This document shows positions 39,599-47,979 of a stretch of 64,000 nucleotides of DNA, piece after piece; the first letter of the stretch is position 1; the number at the start of each line of letters is the position of its first letter. A program made the translations under genes and the position numbers. This DNA comes from Myxococcota bacterium (GTDB lineage Bacteria > Myxococcota_A > UBA9042 > PHBI01 > JAWLBL01), in contig JAWLBL010000016.1 of assembly GCA_041687695.1 (NCBI GenBank), positions 72,722 to 136,721 on the forward strand, given 5' to 3'. The notes beneath the pieces are model-generated. The model was not told the DNA's origin, ran no database searches, and saw nothing but the letters and a program-made list of their open reading frames with translations.

Positions 39599-40000
39599 AT
39601 GAGCGAGCACCGCAATCCCCTCCCCACGGTCGACATCCTCATCGAGACGCGCCCGGGCACGGTGGTCCTCATCCGCCGCAAGAACCCGCCGCACGGCTGG
39701 GCGATCCCCGGCGGCTTCGTCGACTGGGGCGAGACCCTCGAGCAGGCCGCCGTCCGCGAGGCCAAGGAAGAGACCGGCCTGGACGTGCGCCTCGTCCGCC
39801 AGCTCCACACCTACTCGGACCCGGCGCGCGACCCCCGGCACCACACCATCAGCACCGTCTTCGTCGCCACCGCCAAGGGCACCCCCGAGGGCGCCGACGA
39901 CGCCGCCGAGGCCCAGGTCTTCGATCTCCACGAGCTGCCCTCGCCCATCGTCTTCGACCACGCCCAAATCCTCGAGGACTGGATCGATGGCCGCTACTGA
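39599..40000 (+). CDS. NUDIX hydrolase
   Basis: Nudix box [34 protein letters not shown]. Confidence 0.93.
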   Translation: MSEHRNPLPTVDILIETRPGTVVLIRRKNPPHGWAIPGGFVDWGETLEQAAVREAKEETGLDVRLVRQLHTYSDPARDPRHHTISTVFVATAKGTPEGADDAAEAQVFDLHELPSPIVFDHAQILEDWIDGRY

Positions 40001-40571
40001 CGGCTTGCGCACCGCCGACAAGCGGCGCCTGCTGCAGATCGCCCGCGAGGCCATCTTCTCCAAGCTGACCCGCGGCACCCTGCCCGCCTTCGACGTGCCC
40101 GAGGGCCCCCTGCGCGCGCCACGCGGCGCCTTCGTCAGCCTGCACATGGACGGCGAGCTGCGCGGCTGCATCGGCGCCCTGCACCCCTCCAAGCCGCTGT
40201 ACCAGACGGTGGCCGAGATGGCCGTGTCGGCCGCCACCGACGACCCGCGCTTCCCCGAGCTGACGACCCCCGAGCTCGGCGCGACCGACATCGAGGTCAG
40301 CGTCCTCGGCGACCTCGAGCGGGTCGACGTCGACGACATCGTCTCGGGCACCCACGGCCTGTACGTCACGCGCGGCGCCCGCCGCGGCGTGCTGCTGCCC
40401 CAGGTCGCGACCCAGTACCGCTGGGGCCGCGAGCGTTTCCTCTCCGAGACCTGCCGCAAGGCCGGCCTCGGCCCCGACGCGTGGAAGGACGACCAGACGG
40501 TCGTCTTCGGGTTCACCGCCGAGGTCTTCAGCGACACGACCCTCGCCCGCGCCGAGATCGTGCTCGAGTAG
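39987..40571 (+). CDS. AMMECR1 domain protein (AmmeMemoRadiSam protein A)
   Basis: GAFVSL...LRGCIG, DDPRFP, IEVSVL, LLPQVA, CRKAG. Confidence 0.93.
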   Translation: MAATDGLRTADKRRLLQIAREAIFSKLTRGTLPAFDVPEGPLRAPRGAFVSLHMDGELRGCIGALHPSKPLYQTVAEMAVSAATDDPRFPELTTPELGATDIEVSVLGDLERVDVDDIVSGTHGLYVTRGARRGVLLPQVATQYRWGRERFLSETCRKAGLGPDAWKDDQTVVFGFTAEVFSDTTLARAEIVLE

Positions 40572-40580
40572 TCAGGAACC

Positions 40581-41099
40581 ATGCTCCGCGACGACCCCTT
40601 CGACGTCCTGGGAGTCCCCGCCGAGGCCGACGAGGAGACCATCCGCCTGGCCTACCGGCGCCTGGTCCGGCAGGCCCACCCCGACGCTCTACACGGCGAC
40701 CTGCAGCGCTTCGTCGCCATCCGCGAGGCCTACGAGCTGCTGATGGATCCCCAGCGCCGCATGGCCCTGCGCGACGCCGCGCGCCTGTCGCCCCGTCGCC
40801 GAGCCCAGCGCCGGCCCCCCTCCGCCACCCGCCCCGACGCGTCGGCCGACGCCACGCGTCCTGATCCGTCGACCGACGCCGCGGCCGAACCGCTGACCCT
40901 CTCCCTCGAGGCCGACCTCGCCCGCCGCGGCGGCGCCCTGACGGTGACGCTCACGCGCTCGGGCGTCCAGGTGCGTGCCCAGGTCGTCCTGCCGGCCGGC
41001 GTCACCCACGGCCAGCTGCTCGCCGCCCCCGTCACCGTCGACGGGCAGCCCACCACGACGCGGCTCGTCCGCGTCCTGCTCGTCACGCTGCGCTCGTGA
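40581..41099 (+). CDS. DnaJ (J-domain) protein
   Basis: DPFDVLGV..IRLAYRRL...HPD...F..IREAYELL. Confidence 0.85.
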   Translation: MLRDDPFDVLGVPAEADEETIRLAYRRLVRQAHPDALHGDLQRFVAIREAYELLMDPQRRMALRDAARLSPRRRAQRRPPSATRPDASADATRPDPSTDAAAEPLTLSLEADLARRGGALTVTLTRSGVQVRAQVVLPAGVTHGQLLAAPVTVDGQPTTTRLVRVLLVTLRS

Positions 41100-41701
41100 C
41101 CCTCGACGACCTCGCCCTCTCCGAGCGCTGGCCCGCCGACCGACTCGCCGGCCTGCCCGGCCGGGTGCGTGGTGTCGTCCTGCGCGACTGGGCCCGCAAC
41201 GTCTCCCATCGCTTCGGCCCTTCGGCCGTCGACGCCGTCCGCGCCGCCCTCGGCGCCGACTCGCCGGCCCTGGCCGACCAGCCCGACCCCGAGGCCTGGC
41301 TCCCGGTCCCGCTGCTGCTCCGCACCGCCGATGCCCTGCTCCACGACGTCGCCGGCGGCGACCCCCACCGCCTGGTCGACCTGCTGCACGACGCCACCGC
41401 CGCCGCCAGCCCCCGCGCCGCCACCTGGCTGGCCCGCCGCCTCGGCCCCACCGCCTTCTTCAAGAAGGCCCCGGACGCCCACCCGCACCTCTACGACGTC
41501 GGCACGGTCACCGCCAGCCACACCCGCGACTCGGTCACCTTCCACTGCGCGGGCGCCGCCCTCTTCGCCCACCCCACCTGGGCCCTGCTCCAGCTGGCCG
41601 CCCTCTCCGCGCTCCTCCGCTTCCTCCAGCGCACCCCCACCCGGCTCACCGCCACCCCCGCCGGCCCCGACGCCCTCACCCTGACCGTCGCCTGGCGCTG
41701 A
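41096..41701 (+). CDS. Hypothetical protein (myxobacterial DUF2378/H-NOX-like)
   Basis: RVRGVV..RFG..WLPV pattern; GTGA overlap with the DnaJ gene. Confidence 0.55.
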   Translation: MTLDDLALSERWPADRLAGLPGRVRGVVLRDWARNVSHRFGPSAVDAVRAALGADSPALADQPDPEAWLPVPLLLRTADALLHDVAGGDPHRLVDLLHDATAAASPRAATWLARRLGPTAFFKKAPDAHPHLYDVGTVTASHTRDSVTFHCAGAALFAHPTWALLQLAALSALLRFLQRTPTRLTATPAGPDALTLTVAWR

Positions 41702-41711
41702 CCCGCACCGC

Positions 41712-42098
41712 CTACTCGGGGGCGAGCGCCCGTATCCCCAGCAGCTCGGCGGCCTCGATCATGCGGCGGTCGTAGGTGACGACCGCTTCGAGGTCTGGCG
41801 CCAGGGCGCGTGCCGAGGCCAGATGGATGGCGTCCAGGCTGCGGAGCACGCGCGGGTCGAGCGCGGCCGCGTCCGTCAGGATCGGGTCGTCGACCTTGAG
41901 GACGCGCACGGCAGCAAGGACGCGGTGAGCCCGGGCTACGGCCTCGGGACCGAAATCGCGAACCGCTCTCGCGACCTCCACGCGCGACAGGCCGCTGGTC
42001 ACTCGGTGTGGGCGCAGAGACAGGAACGCGACGAGCGCCGCGCTCTCGGCTTCGCGCACGACCAGCTTCACCAAAGCCGACGCGTCCAGGTAGATCAC
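41712..42098 (-). CDS. vapC: Type II TA toxin, PIN domain (VapC)
   Basis: IYLDASALVK, E, LRSLDAIHLASA, TYDRR. Confidence 0.93.
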   Translation of the reverse strand: MIYLDASALVKLVVREAESAALVAFLSLRPHRVTSGLSRVEVARAVRDFGPEAVARAHRVLAAVRVLKVDDPILTDAAALDPRVLRSLDAIHLASARALAPDLEAVVTYDRRMIEAAELLGIRALAPE

Positions 42099-42106
42099 CG
42101 CGCGCC

Positions 42107-42397
42107 CTACCGCTCTTGCTCGCGTCGTCGGCGGAGGACCTCGCCGGGTCCGGGCCCCGTCGCCGGCTCGAGCGGCTCGCCCAAAGCCAGGAGCGGGTCG
42201 TCCGCGCCGCCCTCGGCGGCCGGCGAGGTCAACCGACCCTGGAGCTCGAGCCGCTGCAGGACCGTCAGCGCGCTCACCGGCACCAGCATGGCCACCGGCT
42301 CGCCCCGATCGCAGATCTCGACCGCCTCACCTTGCCGGGCGAGGCGAACGTAGGTGCTCGCGTTCTGCCTGAGCTCTCGGATTCCGATCCGGGTCAT
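42107..42397 (-). CDS. Type II TA antitoxin, Phd/YefM family (VapB)
   Basis: IGIRELRQNAS..GEAVEICDRGEPVAMLVP. Confidence 0.9.
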   Translation of the reverse strand: MTRIGIRELRQNASTYVRLARQGEAVEICDRGEPVAMLVPVSALTVLQRLELQGRLTSPAAEGGADDPLLALGEPLEPATGPGPGEVLRRRREQER

Positions 42398-42413
42398 GTG
42401 CTACATGTAGCAC
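42398..42413. promoter_or_regulatory. Perfect 16-bp palindromic operator of the TA operon
   Basis: GTGCTACA|TGTAGCAC directly abuts the antitoxin ATG. Confidence 0.75.
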
Positions 42414-42522
42414 CGGCGCGGGTGGGCGGCAAGACGGACCCGCGAGCAGTCCACCCCGTTCCCTACGCTCCCGGCGTCCGCCGTCAACCTGAGAGGCCCG
42501 GCCTCCTCGGCAGGAGGCCGAG

Positions 42523-42940
42523 CCCCCTCCAGAACCGTCCCTCGGCCCGCTCGGCAGGGAGTCGCACCCCCTCCAGAACCGTCCCCCGGAGCCTTCGGTA
42601 GGGGCGCCAACCCCTCCCGAACCGACCTGCGGTCCCCCCTCGAGGGGCCGAACCCCCTCTCGAACCGACCTGCGGTCCCCCCTCGAGGGGCCGAACCCCC
42701 TCTCGAACCGACCTGCGGTCCCCCCTCGAGGGGCCGAACCCCCTCTCGAACCGACCTGCGGTCCCCTCTCGAGGGGGCCGAACCCCCTCCGGAACCGACC
42801 CGTGGACCCTTCGTTTGGGGGCGGCCCCCTCCAGAAGCGACCCGTGGACCCCTGAGTAGGGGGCGGCCCCCTCCGGAACCGACCCGTGGACCCTTCGATA
42901 GGGGGTCGGACCCCTCCCGAACCGACCTGCGGTCCCTCGG
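42523..42940. repeat. Tandem array of about 10 units of 42-44 bp with a conserved core and hairpin-forming variable part
   Basis: Core CCCC(C)TCYNGAACCG(A/T)CC recurs about every 43 bp; central units are near-identical (CCCCCTCTCGAACCGACCTGCGGTCCCCCCTCGAGGGGCCGAA). Confidence 0.9.
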
Positions 42941-43148
42941 GTCGCCGCTCCTTGGCCGCTGGGCGCCTGCGTCACTCGCTACCCAACGCTGCGCAACGGC
43001 CGACGCGGGACCGGCCGGTCACGGCACGACGACTCGACTGGCGACTTTCGCCACAGCTTTCGACGCGGCGCGTCACGGCAGGCGCTGGCGAGGGCCTTGG
43101 CACGCCGGCTGCACCAGGGGCGGAGCGACTCAACGAGAGAGGTTCACC

Positions 43149-43790
43149 ATGACCCGATCGCTTCGCACGCTGCTCCTGGCCCTGGGCCTCGCGACCCTCG
43201 CCGTCCCCTCCGCCCACGCCGAGGCGGGGGGCGCCCTCGTCTACACCGAGCCCCTCGGCGCCGCCCTCTTCGCCACCAACGGCGACCTCTTCCTCCCGCT
43301 CGGGCTGGCCCTGCCGGTCGGCCCCCGCAGCCAGCTGCTCGTCGAGGTCACCCCCACCTCGGCCAACTGGCACCCGTGCAGCTCGCGGTCGCGCGGCGTG
43401 TTCGGCAAGGTCGGCCTGCGCCACGCCTTCGGCCCCGCCGAGCGCTCCCACGACGGCTTCTTCCTGCAGCCCCGGGCGGGCGTCCGCTACCTGTCGACCT
43501 CGGGCGGCGACGCCGACGGCTGGCTGGGCTGCAGCGCCGAGGGCCTCGCCCACGTCCAGGGCGACGAGCTCGAGGTCTCGGTCGGCCTCGACGTCGGCTA
43601 CCGCTGGACCTTCGGCTCGCTCTACGTCGCGCCCGTCTTCGGCGCCAGCGTCGGCTGGTGCCAGGACTGCCTGGACGACGGGCACCCGCTGCCCGTGCTG
43701 GTGAACCTGTTCCCGCAGCCCAGCCCGCGGGCCGATCGCTTCGTCAGCGGCCTCAACCTGAACCTGCTGCAGGTCGGCTGGGCCTTCTGA
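43149..43790 (+). CDS. Small outer-membrane beta-barrel protein (DUF3575-like)
   Basis: Signal peptide ...AHA; DGFFLQP, DVGYRW; C-terminal QVGWAF. Confidence 0.7.
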   Translation: MTRSLRTLLLALGLATLAVPSAHAEAGGALVYTEPLGAALFATNGDLFLPLGLALPVGPRSQLLVEVTPTSANWHPCSSRSRGVFGKVGLRHAFGPAERSHDGFFLQPRAGVRYLSTSGGDADGWLGCSAEGLAHVQGDELEVSVGLDVGYRWTFGSLYVAPVFGASVGWCQDCLDDGHPLPVLVNLFPQPSPRADRFVSGLNLNLLQVGWAF

Positions 43791-43826
43791 CCCCCTCGCG
43801 GTCTGGACGGCGGCGGCGGGCCGCGC

Positions 43827-44096
43827 TCAGTCGCCGTCCTGGAAGGCGGCCGGGAGGCGCCACAGCGCGGCCACGCCAAGCGCGGCCGCGACGGCCATGA
43901 CGCCGAGCGCCCAAGGGTAGAGCCTGGGGAACGCGTCGGCGTCCCCCAGCGCGTACGGCAGCGCCTGGCCTGCGGCGTACACGAGCGGCGGCAGGAGCCC
44001 GAGCAGCCGGCGCGGCCCGCGCGTGCGAACCAGCGTCAGGCCGCCGCCCAGGGCGGCCGCGACCAGCCCGATGACCTCGATGAGCGTAGCCATCAT
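43827..44096 (-). CDS. Small membrane protein
   Basis: About 89 aa with 3 hydrophobic segments. Confidence 0.5.
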   Translation of the reverse strand: MMATLIEVIGLVAAALGGGLTLVRTRGPRRLLGLLPPLVYAAGQALPYALGDADAFPRLYPWALGVMAVAAALGVAALWRLPAAFQDGD

Positions 44097-44225
44097 GAGC
44101 GTCGAATAGCATGCGCCAGGCTCGGCGTCTTCACGGAGCGGCGGAGCGCTCGGGCCAGGGGCGCTGACCGACCGCCCTCGAAGGCGCACAGCGCCGGGCC
44201 CACGCGGGTCCGGCGCTCGCCGTCC

Positions 44226-44311
44226 GTTGGCTCGGCAGGCGCGGGAAGAGCTCCGGATCCTGGGGCGCCGTCTGCCGCGCCCACGCTACGTTGTTTCGCT
44301 CGTCTCTCCTC
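44226..44311 (-). pseudogene. Degenerate remnant of the carbonic anhydrase RBS and 5' coding region
   Basis: GAGGAGAGACGA is identical to the can RBS; translates NNVAWARQTAPQDPELFPRLPSQ versus can NNVDWARQTATQDPEFFPRLASQ; start codon region deleted. Confidence 0.75.
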
Positions 44312-44464
44312 CGGGTGCGATGGCCACTTCGGCCACGGTGTGGCGAATTTCGCCACACCCTCCCGGAGCGCTCGCCCGCGCGACCGCCATCGTGGCCGGT
44401 CGATCGCGCTTGGCACGGCCGCTGCTAAGGGCCCGCCCTCCACCTCCGAGCGAGAGACCCTACG

Positions 44465-47239
44465 ATGCAACGACTGTCCGTCCTTGGCCTCTGTCTCGCG
44501 GCCGCGCTGGCCGCCTTGCCCGCCTGCGAGTCTTCCAGCGGCGCGAACGCGTGCGGCGCCGCGCCCTGCGGCCTCCCCGACGCCGGCGGGGACGGGGGCG
44601 GCGACGTCCCCCAGCTGCCGATGCCGACCAAGCACCACCCGCAGGTCCAGGGCGACAGCTGGACCGTGCTGGTCTACATGATGGCCGACAACGATCTCGA
44701 GCCGTTCGCGCTGCTGGATCTCGCCGAGATGGCCGAGGTCGGCTCGACCGGCAACCTGAACATCGTCGTCCAGATCGACCGCGCGGCCGGCTACTCCAGC
44801 GACGGCGTCCTGGATCTCGGGGACTTCACGACGGCCAAGCGCCTGCGGGTCGTCCAGGGCAAGCTCGAGGTGATCGAGGACCTCGGCGAGACGGCGACCG
44901 GCGACCCGGCCGTGCTGGCCGACTTCGTCTCCTGGGGCCTGACGACCTTCCCGGCCGACCGCCACGCGCTGATCTTCTGGGATCACGGCGCCGGCTGGTT
45001 CGGCTTCGGCTCCGACGACGCCAGCCCCGACAAGGACGGCCTGAGCTTCGCCGAAATAGACCAGGCGCTCACCGCCGGGCTCGCGACCGCCGGCGTGGAC
45101 GACCTGTCGCTCATCGGCTTCGACGCCTGCCTGATGGGCTCGTGGGAGACCGCGCGCACCGTGGCCGAGCACGCCGAGTACATGCTGGCCTCCGAGGAGC
45201 TCGAGCCCGGCCACGGCTGGGACTACCGCGCCCTCGCCAAGCTCCGCGACGACCCCTCGACCGACCCCGTGGCCTTCGCCAACGCCCTCATCGAGGGCTT
45301 CCAGGCCCAGGCGCTCACCTACCAGACGGGCGCGAACATCACCCTGTCGCTCGTCGATCTCTACGCGCTGCCCATCCTCGACCACGCCATCGCCAAGCTG
45401 GCCGAGGGGCTGACGAGCGACGTCGCGATCCTCGCGCCCTCCATCGGCCAGCACCTCGCGCAGACCATCGGCTTCGGCCGCTCGCCCGACCCCGAGCAGG
45501 ACATGCGGCACGTGGACCTCGGTGACCTCGTGGCGCGCCTCGCGGCCGCGAACCCCAGCCTGCTGGCCGTCGCCGCCAACGTCGAGTTCGCCATGGACTT
45601 CTACGTGCTCGCCAACGTCACCGGGCCGGCGCGCGAGGGCTCGCGCGGCGTCTCGGTGTACTTCCCGCCTCACCGCGAGCGCTACGACACCCGCTACGAC
45701 GCGCTCCCCAAGGTCGACGTCTGGCGGGCCTTCCTCGCCGCCTTCTACGGCGCCGGCGACCAGGTCACCGAGACCCCCGACCTCGCGCCGGTCTCCGAGA
45801 CCCCCGTCGTGTGGCAGGACGGCCTCGCCCGCATCGCTGGCGAGATCCCGCCCGAGCAGGCCGCCAGCATCACCGACGCCACCCTCTTCGTCGGCGTCGT
45901 CCAGGAGGACGCCTCCGTCATCTTCCTCGCCGACCACCCCGCCCAGCGCGTCGACGCGACGACCTTCGTCGGCCAGTGGGACGCCGCCGCCGTGGTCGTG
46001 GTCCAGGGCGACACGACCGCGTACGCCTACGCCTCGTTCACCGAGGAGGTCGGCGGCTTCGTCGGCCTCACGGTGCCCTTCGCCTACCAGCGACCCGGCG
46101 CCTCCGATCTCATGACGGTCCTGCTGCACCGCAGCCTGAACGCCTCGACCGGCGAGGTCGCCGCTGAGACCTACTACATCTACGACGAGCTGGGGATCGG
46201 CGAGCTGACGCCCGAGCCGGGGGCGCTGATGGCGCCGATGCTGCAGGTCGCCCAGAGCGACGGGGCGACCAGCTGGCAGTTCCTGCCGGACGCCGTCCTG
46301 GACCCGACCGCCCCGGTCGACCTCTACGCGTCGTTCCTGCCGGAGGGGACCCCGCTGTACCTGCTGCTGCAGATCACCGACTTCGCCGGGCAGACGGCCG
46401 CCCTGGTCGGGACCACCTACGTCGGCGGCGAGGCGCCCCAGGATCCGTGCGGCGGCGTCCCGGCCACCGGCTCGTGCCAGGACGACTGGATCTACTGGTG
46501 CTCCGAGGACGGAACCGCCCTGCTGAGCGCCAACTGCGCCGACGGCGGGCAGACGTGCGGCTGCGTCGCGGAAGGCTGCGGCTGCGTGGTCGCCGAGGAG
46601 CCCGGCGAGACCTGCGGCGACGTCCCGGCGACGGGCGTGTGCGACGGCGATGTGGTGCGCTGGTGCGACCAGGCCAGCGGGATCGTCCAGACGAACGACT
46701 GCGGGACCATGGGCTGGAGCTGCGTCTGTGACGCGGGCGCTTGCGGCTGCGACACGCCCCCGCCCGTGGACTGCGAGGGGCTGCCCCCGGCCGGGATCTG
46801 CACGAGCGACACGGTCCTCACCTACTGCGCGAGCTTCGGACCGGCCACCATCGACTGCGCCGACTGGAACGAGCTCTGCGTCTGTGACGACGCCGGCCAG
46901 TGTGGCTGCCTGATGCCCGGAGAGGGGCAGCCCTGCGGCGACGTCCCCGTCACGGGGGTGTGCACGACCGCGACCGTCGTCACGGCGTGCGCCGAGGATG
47001 GCACGACCACCATGTTCGACTGCGCCGTCAATGGGAAGGCCTGCGGGTGCGGGGACGACGGGGTGTGCGGCTGCGGCCTGGGGGCGCCTGCGGAGGGCTG
47101 CGGCGATCTCACCTTCGAGGGCGTCTGCGACGGCGACATCGTGCGTTGGTGCGACGGCGGAACGGCGAAGTCGCTGGACTGCGCGCCGTCCGGGCTCACC
47201 TGCGGCGTCGACGACGGCGGCTTCGCGAGCTGCCTGTGA
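44465..47239 (+). CDS. Clostripain-family (C11) cysteine peptidase lipoprotein with Cys-rich C-terminal repeats
   Basis: Lipobox LPAC; WTVLVYMMADNDLE, LIFWDHGAG (His), FDACLM (Cys), ASEELEP; repeated C....G.C.GD...WC.....DC units. Confidence 0.92.
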   Translation: MQRLSVLGLCLAAALAALPACESSSGANACGAAPCGLPDAGGDGGGDVPQLPMPTKHHPQVQGDSWTVLVYMMADNDLEPFALLDLAEMAEVGSTGNLNIVVQIDRAAGYSSDGVLDLGDFTTAKRLRVVQGKLEVIEDLGETATGDPAVLADFVSWGLTTFPADRHALIFWDHGAGWFGFGSDDASPDKDGLSFAEIDQALTAGLATAGVDDLSLIGFDACLMGSWETARTVAEHAEYMLASEELEPGHGWDYRALAKLRDDPSTDPVAFANALIEGFQAQALTYQTGANITLSLVDLYALPILDHAIAKLAEGLTSDVAILAPSIGQHLAQTIGFGRSPDPEQDMRHVDLGDLVARLAAANPSLLAVAANVEFAMDFYVLANVTGPAREGSRGVSVYFPPHRERYDTRYDALPKVDVWRAFLAAFYGAGDQVTETPDLAPVSETPVVWQDGLARIAGEIPPEQAASITDATLFVGVVQEDASVIFLADHPAQRVDATTFVGQWDAAAVVVVQGDTTAYAYASFTEEVGGFVGLTVPFAYQRPGASDLMTVLLHRSLNASTGEVAAETYYIYDELGIGELTPEPGALMAPMLQVAQSDGATSWQFLPDAVLDPTAPVDLYASFLPEGTPLYLLLQITDFAGQTAALVGTTYVGGEAPQDPCGGVPATGSCQDDWIYWCSEDGTALLSANCADGGQTCGCVAEGCGCVVAEEPGETCGDVPATGVCDGDVVRWCDQASGIVQTNDCGTMGWSCVCDAGACGCDTPPPVDCEGLPPAGICTSDTVLTYCASFGPATIDCADWNELCVCDDAGQCGCLMPGEGQPCGDVPVTGVCTTATVVTACAEDGTTTMFDCAVNGKACGCGDDGVCGCGLGAPAEGCGDLTFEGVCDGDIVRWCDGGTAKSLDCAPSGLTCGVDDGGFASCL

Positions 47240-47246
47240 AGCGAAG

Positions 47247-47286
47247 AGGGCGGGGCGCGCCAGGTCGACCCGGCGCGCCCCGCCCT
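47247..47286. terminator. Strong hairpin between convergent genes
   Basis: 15-bp perfect stem AGGGCGGGGCGCGCC/GGCGCGCCCCGCCCT; no U tract. Confidence 0.6.
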
Positions 47287-47314
47287 TGGGCTTCGAAGCC
47301 GCTCCGGACCCGGC

Positions 47315-47947
47315 TCAGACCACCATGCGGTAGACCTCGGGGATCTGCTCGGGGCGCTGGATGCACAGGTCCAGGTCCTTGAGTAGCCCGTCCTCGAGCG
47401 AGTAGATCCAGCCGTGGACGGACAGCTCCTGGCCGCGGCGCCAGGCGTCCTGCACGACCGTCGTCTCGCAGACGTTCTCGACCGAGGCGGCGACGTTCAG
47501 CTCGCACAGGCGCTTGAAGCGCGCGCCCTCGTCGGCGATGGCCTCGAGCGCCTCGTGGTGGATGGCGTAGATGTCCTTGATGTGGCGCAGCCAGTTGTCG
47601 ATGAGGCCGTGGGAGCCGTTGCCCATCGCCGCCTTGACGCCGCCGCAGCCGTAGTGCCCGCAGACGATGACGTGCTTCACCTTCAGCACGTCGACCGCGT
47701 ACTGCAGCACCGACAGCAGGCTGAAGTCGGTGTGGACCACCAGGTTGGCCACGTTGCGCGTGACGAAGACCTCGCCCGGGGCGAGCCCCGTGATCTGGTT
47801 GGCCGGCACGCGGCTGTCGGCGCAGCCGATCCACAGGTACTCGGGGCTCTGCTGGCTGGCCAGGCGCGGGAAGAACTCGGGATCCTGGGTCGCCGTCTGC
47901 CGCGCCCAGTCCACGTTGTTCTCGAACAGCTTCTTCAGGGTGCGCAT
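47315..47947 (-). CDS. can: Beta-class carbonic anhydrase
   Basis: WIGCADSRV, RNVAN, CGHYGCGG; GAGGAG RBS. Confidence 0.95.
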   Translation of the reverse strand: MRTLKKLFENNVDWARQTATQDPEFFPRLASQQSPEYLWIGCADSRVPANQITGLAPGEVFVTRNVANLVVHTDFSLLSVLQYAVDVLKVKHVIVCGHYGCGGVKAAMGNGSHGLIDNWLRHIKDIYAIHHEALEAIADEGARFKRLCELNVAASVENVCETTVVQDAWRRGQELSVHGWIYSLEDGLLKDLDLCIQRPEQIPEVYRMVV

Positions 47948-47979
47948 CGTCTCTCCTCTTGGTGCGAAGTCGACTTCGA

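Noticed and set aside
42523..42940. CRISPR array interpretation of the 43-bp repeat array
   Set aside because: The variable parts are related to or identical with each other, the core is short and degenerate, and there is no AT-rich leader and no cas gene in the window.
42484..42975. 163-aa minus-strand ORF
   Set aside because: It is a translation of the repeat array; unit lengths of 42-44 bp do not preserve frame.
41700..43000. Mobile element or prophage around the TA module
   Set aside because: No integrase, transposase, terminal inverted repeats or phage genes are visible.
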